Part shown: piece by piece, positions 49,901 to 61,055 of the stretch
How positions within the stretch are numbered: position 1 is the first letter of the stretch
Layout: each line of letters starts with the position of its first letter
NCBI GenBank assembly: GCA_977017645.1
Contig: OZ360226.1
Coordinates: 124,310,001-124,374,000 of the forward strand
Length of the DNA: 64,000 bases
Direction of reading: 5' to 3'
Source of the DNA: Torpedo marmorata
Lineage: Eukaryota
The notes under the pieces: generated by a model
The model's input: only the letters and a program-made list of their open reading frames with translations
What the model was told of the DNA's origin: nothing
The model's database searches: none
Translations under genes and position numbers: made by a program

Positions 49901-50865
49901 AAAATATCTATCCTTTTGGTTGGTTTCTTTTCCTGTGACTCCTTTTTTAAATATGACCTTTTATTATCAGACAATTTAGATGATTTACTGCTAGCACCAG
50001 ATACCATTGAGCCTTCTATTGCTTTCTTTTCTGCCTTGGCAATAGCAATGTTTGCTTCCAGCTCCTGCTGTTCTTTTCTCTTCCTTAGCTGCTCCTTCTC
50101 TTGTCTTAGCTGCTCCTTTAGCTGTTTCTCATTTTGTCTTAGCTGCTCCTCCTCTTGTCTTAGCTGCTCCTTTAGCTGCTCCTTTAGCTGCTCCTCCTTT
50201 TGTCTTAGCTGCTCCTTTACCTGCTCCTCCTTTTGTCTTAGCTGCTCCTTTAGCTGCTCCTCCTTTTGTCTTAGCTGCTCCTCCTCTTCTTCCAAAATAT
50301 ATTTATCCTTAAGCGTTTTTTGTTGTGCAAGAAGAGCGGCCAATTTAACATCAATCTTTGTACGTGACGACGCAGAACTTGAAGTACGAGAAACTCTGGA
50401 GCTTGAACCAGAACTTCTTTTGCTTCTCCTGCTTGCAGCATTTGAGACACTGTCACTTGCTTGTATTTCGTCCTGCAGTTCATATGTTGTCTTCATACTT
50501 ACCTCTTTATCCAATTCGAATTGTATATCCTTTGCATCTTCAACCAATTCAATTTCTTCCTCATTTGGTGACACAATTTCAGCCATTTCCAAGTTATCTT
50601 CTTGTTCCACTAATGAAGCTGCCTCTTCATCCTTTGCCAGCTTCAATCTTTCGATAAGAACCTTTTTATTTCCACTTATGTCCTTTTTCAGTCGCTTCAA
50701 TTCTTCTTTAATATCTGAAACCTTCATGTCTTCAATACGTTGGTCCTCAACAGCAACATCAGCGGTTGCTGCGTCAGCTGCTGATAAATCAGTAGCTGCT
50801 GTATCAGTGGCTGCTGCGGCCATTTTACTCGTCTTGTTCCTCTTTCCTTCAAGCATACACAACAC
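46909..50865 (-). CDS. Chimeric BEL polyprotein: SAP domain, coiled coil, BEL Gag (three Cys/His knuckles), aspartic protease, MIPOL1-like coiled coil; no RT, RNase H or integrase
   Basis: 1318 codons uninterrupted (likely ATG at 50823, MAAAA). FDGDPLQYQSF, CLFCKGGHALEMC, CFSCLCKGHISKNC, CDICNFKHPRILH, FLDPGSTASF, LGWAINGP; no YxDD or DDE motifs. Confidence 0.88.
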   Translation of the reverse strand: MLCMLEGKRNKTSKMAAAATDTAATDLSAADAATADVAVEDQRIEDMKVSDIKEELKRLKKDISGNKKVLIERLKLAKDEEAASLVEQEDNLEMAEIVSPNEEEIELVEDAKDIQFELDKEVSMKTTYELQDEIQASDSVSNAASRRSKRSSGSSSRVSRTSSSASSRTKIDVKLAALLAQQKTLKDKYILEEEEEQLRQKEEQLKEQLRQKEEQVKEQLRQKEEQLKEQLKEQLRQEEEQLRQNEKQLKEQLRQEKEQLRKRKEQQELEANIAIAKAEKKAIEGSMVSGASSKSSKLSDNKRSYLKKESQEKKPTKRIDILEPRIQNLHIQGQTFQEHFGIESHVPMVTSESKAADWVRSNEVASLLCESSIRNMEETTPVRFPDTLHATRNSEQSNVLLSKERQNEIAASLFQLQSLSSLPKKEIQTFDGDPLQYQSFMRSFKRNIEDKCQDRDECLYYLEMFTKGHPKELVKGCNQMSSGRGLDKAKALLEQYFGNKHRIALAYMDKALKWTSIKQNDVKALQEYTLFLRGCCNAMEEIDGIRELDVHSNMRIILEKLPYKVWDRWRNLACDLQVNYGRRITLKDLVNFLERQVYVETDPLYGNTRDNSMSKDVRKSNSQSSPKVKRSTFATNVQVISKEKDKINKEKESLPNEKSCLFCKGGHALEMCLQLEKKEHKEKIAFLKENGICFSCLCKGHISKNCEKQINCDICNFKHPRILHVRNRNKELEKEQTETKETKENNVITSVQTSGLTGAGVNNCKLSIVPVQVKAKKGDAIVKTYAFLDPGSTASFCTEGLMNKLNIQGRKSRIMLKTMGQEKVVETNIVSGLEVAGLDDKKFCDLPSVYTQKTMPVNEGNIPHQSDIHHLAYLWKVYLPEINSEIEMLIGSDVPKVLVPKEVIESKRNGPYAIRTILGWAINGPMERNNDIAQEQVAINVNKISVEKFEELKEEQKTVNKKITYEEKKTDQCENKSMVFKTTLKELISSEMDESEVLEDESEVLKDVANNTIDHSCVIESDTGIKQVTENKSECRFCSSEITTGKANEEILQCDVKLENTENCADGIKNNVNDNSMQLNPENKMLKGELEILNKQENSKQKDLIVSKTRKVRKRKKRITAEEMNTVIEERDSALSKCKRLEEEINVLKENKLLVNNTKQLTLKTNQECKLNVQQLTMQKECEIALQKCNKQDEEIKKFQVCRDRIDNGNINVPYDILTSNQIINFSEGAETELKVAKLDLELQERAIETRVVKQTCLKSKESNEYSNSNSKSLNSSHKKWNTEERNKVKRHAEEVPHVKFKRKTVSILSEEDLKFTS
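50080..50290 (-). repeat. In-frame tandem repeat encoding (EEQL[R/K]..)n coiled coil
   Basis: Repeated TTAGCTGCTCCT units in multiples of 3 bp. Confidence 0.85.
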
Positions 50866-51269
50866 TAGTCAAACAACAGTCCCCAATGGACCAGCGGCAG
50901 CAATTCCAATCTGTGTTCTTACTTGCTAAAGATACACAGAAGGAGTCCACAGACTTATGCCTACCACTTCAAATGACTGTAATGTGCTGCAATCCACAAA
51001 CGAGTTTCAACCACAACATCCGTCACTAATATCACTGATTTTCCAAAAATAGTTTCTCCAACGTATTTATATGACACTTTATTATAAGATTTGAAGCTTT
51101 AAATCCCTCTCTGGCTGTTATTCATGGCAGATGGAAGTGGATTACAAACTGCCCCCAACTCGAGGCAACTCCAAAATGGCCACCAATTTATATCAGTCCA
51201 AAGCACAGAGAGTTTTTTCTATCTTCTTTCTTTCAAACTTCTGTTCCAAACAGCCAGCCCTTTATTGAC

Positions 51270-51951
51270 TATAAGTAACGGTGACTTCGCTCCACCAATA
51301 GTCACCTGGAGGCTAAGTGTGGTCCTTGCTTTTGACGCGTTTTATTTAATTTACTAACAAAGTCCAATATGTTCAAAAACCTTTATTTTCACACATGACT
51401 TGCAGTAATCTTCAATGACTTTAATATAAACAGTTCTTGTAAACGGTGTATGATGAGTTCCTTTAAATTATTCTTTAAACAATTCCAAAACGATATGAAA
51501 CACTGTAGATGATGTTAAAATTATAGAAACATTATAAAACGGTCAATAAAGATGTGGAGACCAGACTCACCCCCCATACATCTCTATCCTTTCTTTGTTC
51601 TCTCTCTCCAATGGTTCTGCGCATGCTCCAACGCGCATACTACAATTCCCAGCCTCCCACGCGCACTATGACGTCACTCTATACTGCGCATGCGCCCGTC
51701 GGCACTCCCGCGCATGCGCATATCAAAGAACGGGCCGACGACGGCCCACAGAACAACGCAAGCGCTCCAAGGCCCGACGTGGCCTCGGAGCGCGCTGAGG
51801 ACGGCCCAGTGAACAACGCGAGCGCTCAATGGCCCGACGTGGCCCAGGAGCGCTCCGAGGACGGCCCACCGAACCACGCGAGCGCTCCAAGGCCCGACGA
51901 GACATCGGAGCGCCGCAACAACGGTAAGTTAACGAGCCTACGGCTCTTACA
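51270..51951 (-). repeat. 5' LTR of BEL element
   Basis: Minus strand TGTAAG...CTTATA, followed by GTCAATAAAGG. Confidence 0.95.
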
Positions 51952-54900
51952 CTTGGAATAAGGTTAATGACGATATAGGATTAAAAGGAAATATATCACC
52001 TAAAATGCCATTGATACAGAACAATCTGATACCATTTACAAAAGATAACCCTTTTTTAAATACATGGTCATTAAAAGGAATAAAGAAAATAGAAGATTGT
52101 TATGAAGGAAATCAAATGATGTCATTCATACAATTACAGAATAAATACGGAATACCTAGAAATATATTTTTTTGCTATCTTCAACTAACAGCTTATTTAA
52201 GAGGAAAATTAGGTCCAGGCATGTTGTTACAAGAGTGTAGTGAAGTAGAAACTATTATTAGGAAAGGAAATACTAAGAAATTTACTTCTATAGTATATTC
52301 TTTGTTACAGAAGGGAGCTCAAAAACGAGGACTTCATAAGTCCAGACAAAGATGGGAACAAGATCTTAATATTATAATTGATGAAAAAAGATGGTCGGAT
52401 CTATGCTTAGATAGTATGACTAATACTGTTAATGTAAGATATAGACTGGTACAATACAACTTCTTACACCAAATATACCCCACACCACAAAAACTGAACA
52501 AGATGAATTCTACAATACCAAATAGATGTTTTAGATGTGGAGAAGAAGAAGGAACATTCTTACATTCAACGTGGTCATGTTCAAAAGTTAAAGATTTTTG
52601 GGCAGAGTTAGGAAACCGGTTAAAACTAGTTACAGGTGTTACATTTCCTCAAAACCCTGACTTGTTCTTATTGGGGAATGTAGAGGGAGCTAGACCAAAA
52701 TTGAAATTATCCATATGGCAATTAAAATTCGTAAAAATTGCACTAGCAGTAGCTAGGAAATGTATAGCAGTGACCTGGAAATCGGACACAAATCTGAGTA
52801 TGAGTAGATGGAATTCAGAGATGCAGAGTTGCATCCCATTGGAAAAAATAACATACAATATGAGGAATAAGTATGGACTCTTTTTACAAATTTGGCGTCC
52901 ATTTATCCAATTATCAGGAATGAATATTTAAATATGTTGCCCTGCATCCCAGACCCCGCTGACTCTCTTAAGTTTAAATTTGAAGAATGAACATTGTTGA
53001 ATTTCTTGCATCGAGCCATGGATATGTACAGATATATTTTCAATTGTTCTTTTCCCTTCTCTTTTCTTTTTTAGTTCTAGTATGGGGAGGGGATAAGGGA
53101 TGGGAAGGGTGGAGGGTGGGTTGTTTTAGTAAGGGTGGTTTAGATGGGGTTAGATTCATGGTAATACGAAATTCCTATGTATCGAATTTAACTGATGTTT
53201 AATGTATATTTTACATTATTTTGTATTATTGTGAAAAAGTTGAAAATCTTAAAATAAAATATTTTTAAAAATAAGTAAGTTTGCGGATGACACAAAGGTT
53301 GGAGGAGTTGTGGATGGTGCTGAAGGTTGTCGTAGTTTACAAAAGGATATAGACAGGATGCAGGGTTGGGCGGAAAAGTGGCAGATGGGATCAATCTGGA
53401 TAAGTGTGAGGTGATGCATTTTGAAAGGACAAACCAGAAGGCTGAGTACAGGGATAATGGTTGGTTACTTAGGAGTGTGGATGAACAGAGGGACGTTGGA
53501 GTACAAATCCATACATCCCTCAACGTCACAGCGCAGATTGATAGGATAGTTAAGAAGGGATTGAGTTCAGGAGTCGAGAGGTCATGTTGCAACTCTACAA
53601 ATCTCTGGTGAGACCACACTTGGAGTATTGTGTTCAGTTCTGGTCACCTCATTATAGGAAGGATGTGGAGGCTATGGAGAGGGTACAGAGGAGATTTACC
53701 AGGATGTTGCCTGGATTGGAGAATGTGTCTTATGAAGCAAGGTTAGCAGAGCTGGGACTTTTCTCTTTGGAGCGTAGAAGGATGAGAGGAGACTCAATAG
53801 AGGTCTACAAGATTATAAGAGGAATAGATAGGATGGACAGCCAGCGCCTTTTTCCCAGGGCAGAAATAGAAAACACCAGAGGTCATATGTACAAAGCGAA
53901 GGGAGGGAAGTTTAGGGGAGACATCAAGGGTAAGTTTTTTTGTTTTTTTTTTATATACAGAGAGTTGTGGGTGCCTTGAATGCCTTGCCATGGATAGTGA
54001 TGGAGGTTGAAATATTAGGGGCATTTAAGAGGCTCTTCTTAGACAGGCACATGGATGGAAGAAAAATAGAGGGTTACAGGGTAGGGAGGGTTGAGTATTT
54101 TTTTAAGGAATATATGGGTCGGTACAACATCAAGGGCCAAAGTGTCTATACTGTGCTGTAGTGTTCTATCTAAAAACCATTAAAACATATTTTATGATTT
54201 CAGACCGTGGCCTCCCCTTAAATGTGCTGTGGTCCCCAGGGAGGGCTGTACTGCCCCCGTTGAGAATGGCTGCTTTATATTACAGGCCAAAATGTAATTG
54301 TTGTGTGACCTCCTGGTTTGCTTTGGGGATTTTGTCCATTGGGCCTGCAGGATATTCCAACAGAATTTTTGGCAACTGAGAGTAAGAGAATTTCACTGAA
54401 GCCTGAGAAAAGACCCTGAAACTGTCCAAGGGCAATCTATCTTGAGGTGATATTTGGTTCATTGATGTATCACTCTCTGGGTGCAAAGACTTGATAAAAT
54501 TTGTTTTTATTTCCTTCACTTGAACCCATGTGATGTAGATTGGTTATAGTTATCAAAAAGATGGTTCTGTTGTTTGTCAGACTGTAATAGACACTACTGA
54601 AAAGCCATAGCAAACATTGGTCACCCACATTGATTTCTAGAAAGTCTTTGAGGATGTTTAATATCAGAATTTATTCTTCTGCACAGAATTTCACAAAGTA
54701 ACAGTCAGTATTTTTGACATTTTTAAAAGTTTGATCAATATTGTTTGGCCATTTGTTATCTTTTTACAAATGTTTATTGACATTCATGTTATTGTTCCCA
54801 GTGATCTTTGCTCTAAATTAGAACTAATTTCAAACTGTAGAGTATCCAGAACTAGCTCCTGTACTGCATTGCAAGACTTCATTTATTCATTGCAATTGTC

Positions 54901-57900
54901 GCAGGCATTTAAATACATTAATGATGGTCTTCTCTTTATTGTTTTATTTCCAGCTACATATTTCATAATTCAACCTTCATGATTAATGTTTGAATCACTA
55001 AAGATAATATTGCTGGACAGAAGAAAGAGAAGGCAAGTCTCACATAAAGACCAATAAATTGATGAGAATTGTTAATAGTTTTGCCTTAAAGGTTTTATGA
55101 ACGACTTTACAACATCAATCAACATCTTGCGTTCTGTAAACAAAATTTGTTACACTGTTTCTGTTCCACAATTGTTACCTAATTGCTCGATTATAATTAC
55201 TAAGAAATAATAATGTTATTAACTTCAGTTTGGGACAATTAATCTTTTGTTAATTATTCTGGTAGTAACCATTGCGCCAGATACTGAATATAGTTAAGGA
55301 GGAACGATTGAGTTTATATTGCTAATCTGGTGATTCGTTTTACATCTCTGTAATACTGATGCCCACAAACAGAATGGATGAAAGATGAGTATGATTAGAA
55401 ATTTTATTTTCTAATACATACGGCTTGCATTTGATATTGAAGGTCAATGTCTTTTTTACTATTTTCACACATCATTTATTTTCTAGCACTGATCATCCTG
55501 GGATGAGCCCTTTATGAAAATTACTGTGAGATGGACTATAAAAATTCATTTTATGTATTTGGTCATATTATGTAAGCTCTTAGCTTTTTATCACTTTATT
55601 GTAGTTCAAGTTCATTGTCATCTGATTGTACATATACAACCCGATGAAACAGCGTATCTCTGGACCATAGTGCGCACAGACACACAGTACACCCTACACA
55701 CAAACATGTATACGTAGCTGTTGTGAATATACGCCTGCGTGTGTATGATGTCATCACGCCCGGTGTGTGACGTCATCACGTATATATATTGTGTGCTGCG
55801 GAGGGAACCATTTTAGATCTACAATAAAGAATGAATGAAGCTAGTGTATTTCTAAGCCTAGAATACACAACAGATTGGCGACGAGGATCGAAACGAACTC
55901 CCTCTATGCTCCGAATGTTAGAGTGAAGATTTAAAAGGGAAATGCAAGACTATCACCACAGAGAGCCCCACAGGCTCAAGCACATAGAACAAAGGAAAGA
56001 AGACTCAAAATGGCGAAAGGGCAGTTTGGAAAATTCGTTGACTCAGAAGAAGACTGGTATGACTATGTCGAAAGATTTGATCAACACTGTCTTGCCCATA
56101 ATATTACTGACACACCATTTTTGAACCAGAAACAGGCACTGTTTCTGAGCCAAGACATTTAAACTGATGAAATCTCTTTTTAGCACCTGAAAGACCAAGC
56201 ACAAAAACTTATGCAGAATTGTGTGCTATAATAGGGGCACATCTATGCCCCAAACCACTCGTCATCGCAGAAAGACAAAAATTTTACTTCAAAAAACAAG
56301 CGAATCCGTAAGCGAATTTTTGGCTGAATTACGTAGACTGTCATAAACCTGTGAGTTTGGTGCATTCTTAAACAAAGCATTAAGAGACCGGTTAATAATG
56401 GGTTTAGCTGACTGCAGTGCCAGACAGCGATTGCTAAGTACAAAAGATGTAAACCTTAATTCGGCGTATGACACAGCCTTGAGTTTTGAAATGGCCGATA
56501 ACAACTTGGACACTGGCCAAGTTGAAGCACAGCTGGTGGGAAAATTTCCCAGCCAAGAATGTTTTCGCTGCAGAAAAAGCAACCACAGTCCAGATAATTG
56601 TTATTTCAGAAAATCTAGATGTCACCTATGTGACAAAGAGGGACACATCATAGCCAAGTGTCCAAGAAAGAAAGAAAGTGTCAGCAAGAGAAAAAAGGAG
56701 AAAAAGCTAAGACCTAAATACGAAAAACAGCCCTCCGGAGTAAAAACCGTGGAGGAGAAGGATGAAACCCCTAGCAGTGAAACTAATGACTCGGAGGAAA
56801 ACAAGGCATTGGAAGTAATGTATATTCGTGGATTAATGGATAAGAAATCGGAAATCTACGTCCATGTGAAAATCAACAACGAACCTCTTCGAATGGAATT
56901 AGACACGGGAGCTGCAGTGTCGCTAATGGCCACTAAAGTTAAAAACACGACTGTTACCCCACCTCACCATTAAAGAGTTCAACGTGGTGTTGAAAACGGT
57001 CACAGGGGAGTAAGTCAAGGTGTTTGGAAAATGCAAAGTAAATGTGGAATATAAAGGACAGACACGTAAAAGATTATCCCTCTACATCGTTGACACCAAG
57101 GGGCCGGCGTTGTTCGGAAGAAACTGGTTATCACACATCCAACTAGATTGGATGGAAATTGGATCCATAATAAACGTATGCCTGGAGGATGAGGCCAAGC
57201 CAAAACTGGAGCAAGTGCTTAAGAGGTATCAGACGATTTTCAGAAAAGGCCTGGGGAAAATCCAAGGAGTCCAGGCGAAGTTACACTTGAAACCCAGTGT
57301 TGAACCCCGGTTCTATAAGCCCAGGACAGTGCCGTTTGCAATAAAAGGAAAGATTGAATCAGAACTTAACAGGTTGGAAAACAAAGGAATCCTGGAAAGA
57401 ATTCAGTACAGTGACTGGGCAGCTCCCATCGTACCAGTCCGAAAAGCCCATGGAGATATCCGAATTTGTGGTGATTATAAAGTCACCGTTAATCAGGCTC
57501 TGCAAATACCTGAACATCCTATGCCCAAAGTGGAGGAATTATTTCAGGCCCTGAATAGGGGTAGATAATTCACGAAACTGGACTTATCCCAGGTGTATCA
57601 GCAAGTCGAATTGGATGAGGCCTCAAAGAAATATGTGGCCATCAATACTCACTTGGGGTTATTCACCTATACCCAAATGCCATATGGAATATCAGCAGCC
57701 CCAGCGATATTTCAAGCGATCATGGACAAATTGTTGCACGGCATAAATGTGGGATGCTACCTCGATGACATCATAATTACAGGTCGAGACGACTCAGAGC
57801 ATCTATCAAACCTGGAAAAGGTCCTAGCCCGATTGCAACAAGCAAACGTCTGCCTGCGCCAGGACAAGTGTGTATTTATGGTACCTTCCGTAACATATTT

Positions 57901-58640
57901 AGGATTTACAATTAATAGTGAAGGAGTCCGACTGGATACCGCTGGTACCGAGGCTGTCCGCAGAGCACCCTACCCATCGAATAAAGCTGAATTGCAATCA
58001 TTCTTAGGTTTGGTTAACCATTATCAGAAGCACATTCCAAATATGTCAACGCTGTGCAGCCCACTGAACCAATTGTTAAGAAAAGAACAGAAATGGTGCT
58101 GGAATGAAGAGACAAGTAACGTGGTCAATCGTTTGAAAGAACTGCTGACGTTAAGCGATAATGTTCTTGTCCACTACGACCCAGAAAAGGAAATGACCCT
58201 GGCGGTGGATGCTTTGCCAGAGGGCTTTGGTGCAGTGTTGTCACAAGTAACAGAAAAGGGGGAACAACCGGTAGCTTATGCCTCCCGTCTTTGACGGCTT
58301 GTGAACGTAATTATGCACAACTGGAAAAAGGACTCGCCATAATATTTGGTGTCAAACGATTTCACCAATACTTATATGGTAGGAAGTTTACCTTAGAAAC
58401 AGACAACAAACCACTGAGTTTGATTCTGGGCCCTAAAAAGGGGATTCCAGTGCCAGCTGCAACAAGAATTCAAAGGTGGGCCATGCAGCTCGCCGCATAT
58501 GATTACGATTTGAAACATAAACCAGCAACTCAAAACAGCCATGCTGATGCCCTATCTCACTTACCTTTACCTGAAACTGAACAGAAAGACAAGAAAATTA
58601 AATGGACGGCAGAAGCTACAGCTATTAATCAAGAACAACT

Positions 58641-59642
58641 GCATTTTTAGTTGAAAGGTTGGGTTATAGTTTAACTTTACCAAGACAAAGTGAATTGGAA
58701 CTATTAGTTACTAATGGGGGTATAAATAAATTTATTTCTCAAATGTATAGATTGTTACAGAGAAAAATGCCTAAACTAGGAATTCATAAATCAAGATTAA
58801 AATGGGAATCAGATTTGAATGTAACAATAGATGAGGAACATTGGAAAGAAACATGTAAACAAAGTATGACGAAGATTATTAATGTTAGATATAGGTTAGT
58901 GCAATATAATTTTTTGCATCAATTATATTTAACGCCTAAGAAATTAAAGAAATTTAATTCGACATTATCAGGTTTGTGTTTCAGATGTAATAGAGAGGAA
59001 GGTTCTTTTGTACTCTCTACGTGGCTTTGTCCAAAGATATATGATTTCTGGTTGAAAGTTAAAACGTTTTTAGACAAAGTATTAAGAATTATACTCCCAA
59101 TGGATCCTAGGATATTTTTGTTTGGAGATATTAAAAGAATTAGTATTAAAATTAGATTAAATATGTATCAAATAGAATTTTTGCGAATTGCTTCAGCTGT
59201 TACAAAGAAATGCATTGCTATTACATGGAAATCTGATGTAGATTTAGGGTTAGAAAGATGGCATGCAGAACTTCGTTCAGCTATACCACTTGAAAAAATT
59301 ACTTATAATTTACGTAACAAATATCATTTCTTTTTGAAAATATGGAGCCCATATATAAAAACTGTGGGTGTAATGATTTGAAGATCTCTGGATATCAGAT
59401 CTGACTGGCAAACCTGTGTTCCACAATAAAATTAGCTTATAGTTGTTCTTTTTAGATTGACATTCTCCTTACTCTTTCTTTCTTTCTTTCTATTTTATTA
59501 GAATAGTAAGGGTGGGAGGGTTAGTGAGGGAAGGGAGGGAGGTGGGGTGAAAATATATCACATGTATTTTGATAATTTTGCGTTTTATAAATATGTATTA
59601 TCAAGTGATTTAAAATTTTAAATAAAATATTTTTTTTTTAAA
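58641..59642 (+). mobile_element. L1-clade LINE 3' fragment inside Gypsy pol
   Basis: TSD AAGAACAACT (58631-58640 / 59643-59652); ORF 58659..59381. Confidence 0.92.
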
Positions 59643-60181
59643 AAGAACAACTTCATTGCTTACCAATTAAAGCAAAGACTATCAGCAAATAAGTACGGAA
59701 AGAAGCTACACTGTCAAAGGTCCTATATTTCACATTAAATGGGTGGCCCGAGGCCGAAGCTATTTCTCCCGAACTGAATCCTTATTATACACGACGCAAT
59801 GAAATATCAATTGGAGAAGGTTGTTTATTATGGGGAACCAGGACAATCATTCCTACGAAATGGCAGGCTGCCATGTTATCAGAGCTCCACAATAATCACC
59901 CAGGGATGGTTCGAATGAAAGCTTTGGTACGTATGCATGTCTGGTGGCCATCAATGGACATCGATATTGAACAGACAGTGAGAAGATGTTGCAGGAGATG
60001 TAACCCAAAGCACCTCAAGCCGAAGCTAACCCTTGGAAATGGCCATCGCGACCATGGACCAGGATTCACGTTGATTTTGCTGGTCCCTTTATGGAAGAAA
60101 ACCTCCTTATTGTTGTCGATGCACACTCTAAATGGCCAGTAGTGTCACACATGCGAACAACAACAACAGACCAGACAATTG

Positions 60182-60369
60182 TAAAAAAACACAAATGCTG
60201 GAGAAACTCAGCAGGTCAAACAGTGTCTTTTATGTAGCAAGGTAGAAACGTCGGTTATGTATTTCTACCTTTGCTACATAAAAGACACTGTTTGACCTGC
60301 TGAGTTTCTCCAGCATTTGTGTTTTTTACTTCAACCACGGTGTCCACAGATTTTCGTGTTTTACTTTTT
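60182..60369. mobile_element. Penelope pLTR insertion with inverted-repeat structure
   Basis: 13-bp TSD GACCAGACAATTG (60169-60181 / 60370-60382); ~68-bp inverted arms around CGTCGGTTATGTA. Confidence 0.92.
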
Positions 60370-61055
60370 GACCAGACAATTGAAAGACTACGAAGTATGT
60401 TCGCATCATATGGATTACCTATAGAACTAGTCTCCGATAATGGGCTGCAATTTGTATCCGATGCTTTTAAGGTGTTCCTACGTAATAACAATATACGACA
60501 CATCTTATCCGCACCCTACCACCCAAGCATGAATGGGGAAGCGGAACGTTTTGTACAAACTTTTAAAAAGGCCATGAAGACTAAGAAAATCCTAAACATA
60601 TCATGGAATCACAAAATCGCAGATATTCTGTTATGATATAAAAACACGCCGCACTCTACAACCAAACGAACACCAGCAGAATTGATGTTTGGGCGTGACT
60701 TAAGGACAAGACTTTCCACAGTGCACCCGAACATCGGCCTCCGCATGGAACAATCCACGTCTCCAGGTAAATCTACCAGATCTCTGGAAGTAGGAGAGCG
60801 TGACTACCGAGACAATAGGGAGTCGTGGGTGAGAGGCGTGATTCTTAAAAAATGAAGTCCCTGTTCTTATTCTATACTGGTGGGAACTAAAATATAGAAA
60901 CAGCACATCGACCAGTTAAGAGCGGTGGATGATCCTATGGCCACACTTACTGTTCACGATCCCGACGAGATTCCAGACGAGATTCCATTTTGGGCTCCTG
61001 CCACCGACGACATTCCAGAAATATCTTCAGGAAACGATGCCCGCTCGATGTCGAC

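Larger units (their letters stand above)
45810..51951 (-). mobile_element. Non-autonomous BEL/Pao LTR retrotransposon with chimeric ORF
   Basis: 682-bp LTRs at 45810-46491 and 51270-51951 with no difference seen; 5-bp TSD CTTGG (45805-45809 / 51952-51956); PPT AGGGGCCGG; BEL Gag and protease; frameshifted BEL pol C-terminal remnant. Confidence 0.93.
45640..53273 (+). mobile_element. L1-clade LINE (second subfamily), 5'-truncated, split by the BEL element
   Basis: 15-bp TSD AGTAAGTTTGCGGAT (45625-45639 / 53274-53288); ORF2 C-terminus 52005..52931; L1 rejoins across CTTGG. Confidence 0.93.
41520..54170 (+). mobile_element. Near-complete CR1 ORF2 copy split by two L1s (one containing the BEL element) and a short LINE tail
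   Basis: APE region (LGVVYRPPN, MGVFNFPNIDW), IKENPK, NEYFASVF, NPGNYR, GFPQGSVLGP, SKFAD|D split at the L1 TSD, LVRPHLEYCVQFWSPH and 3' tail. Confidence 0.9.

Noticed and set aside
49916-50929. 337-aa Ser/Cys/Phe-rich ORF on the + strand
   Set aside because: Antisense shadow of the Glu/Gln/Lys-rich repeat region of the BEL ORF; low complexity, no domain
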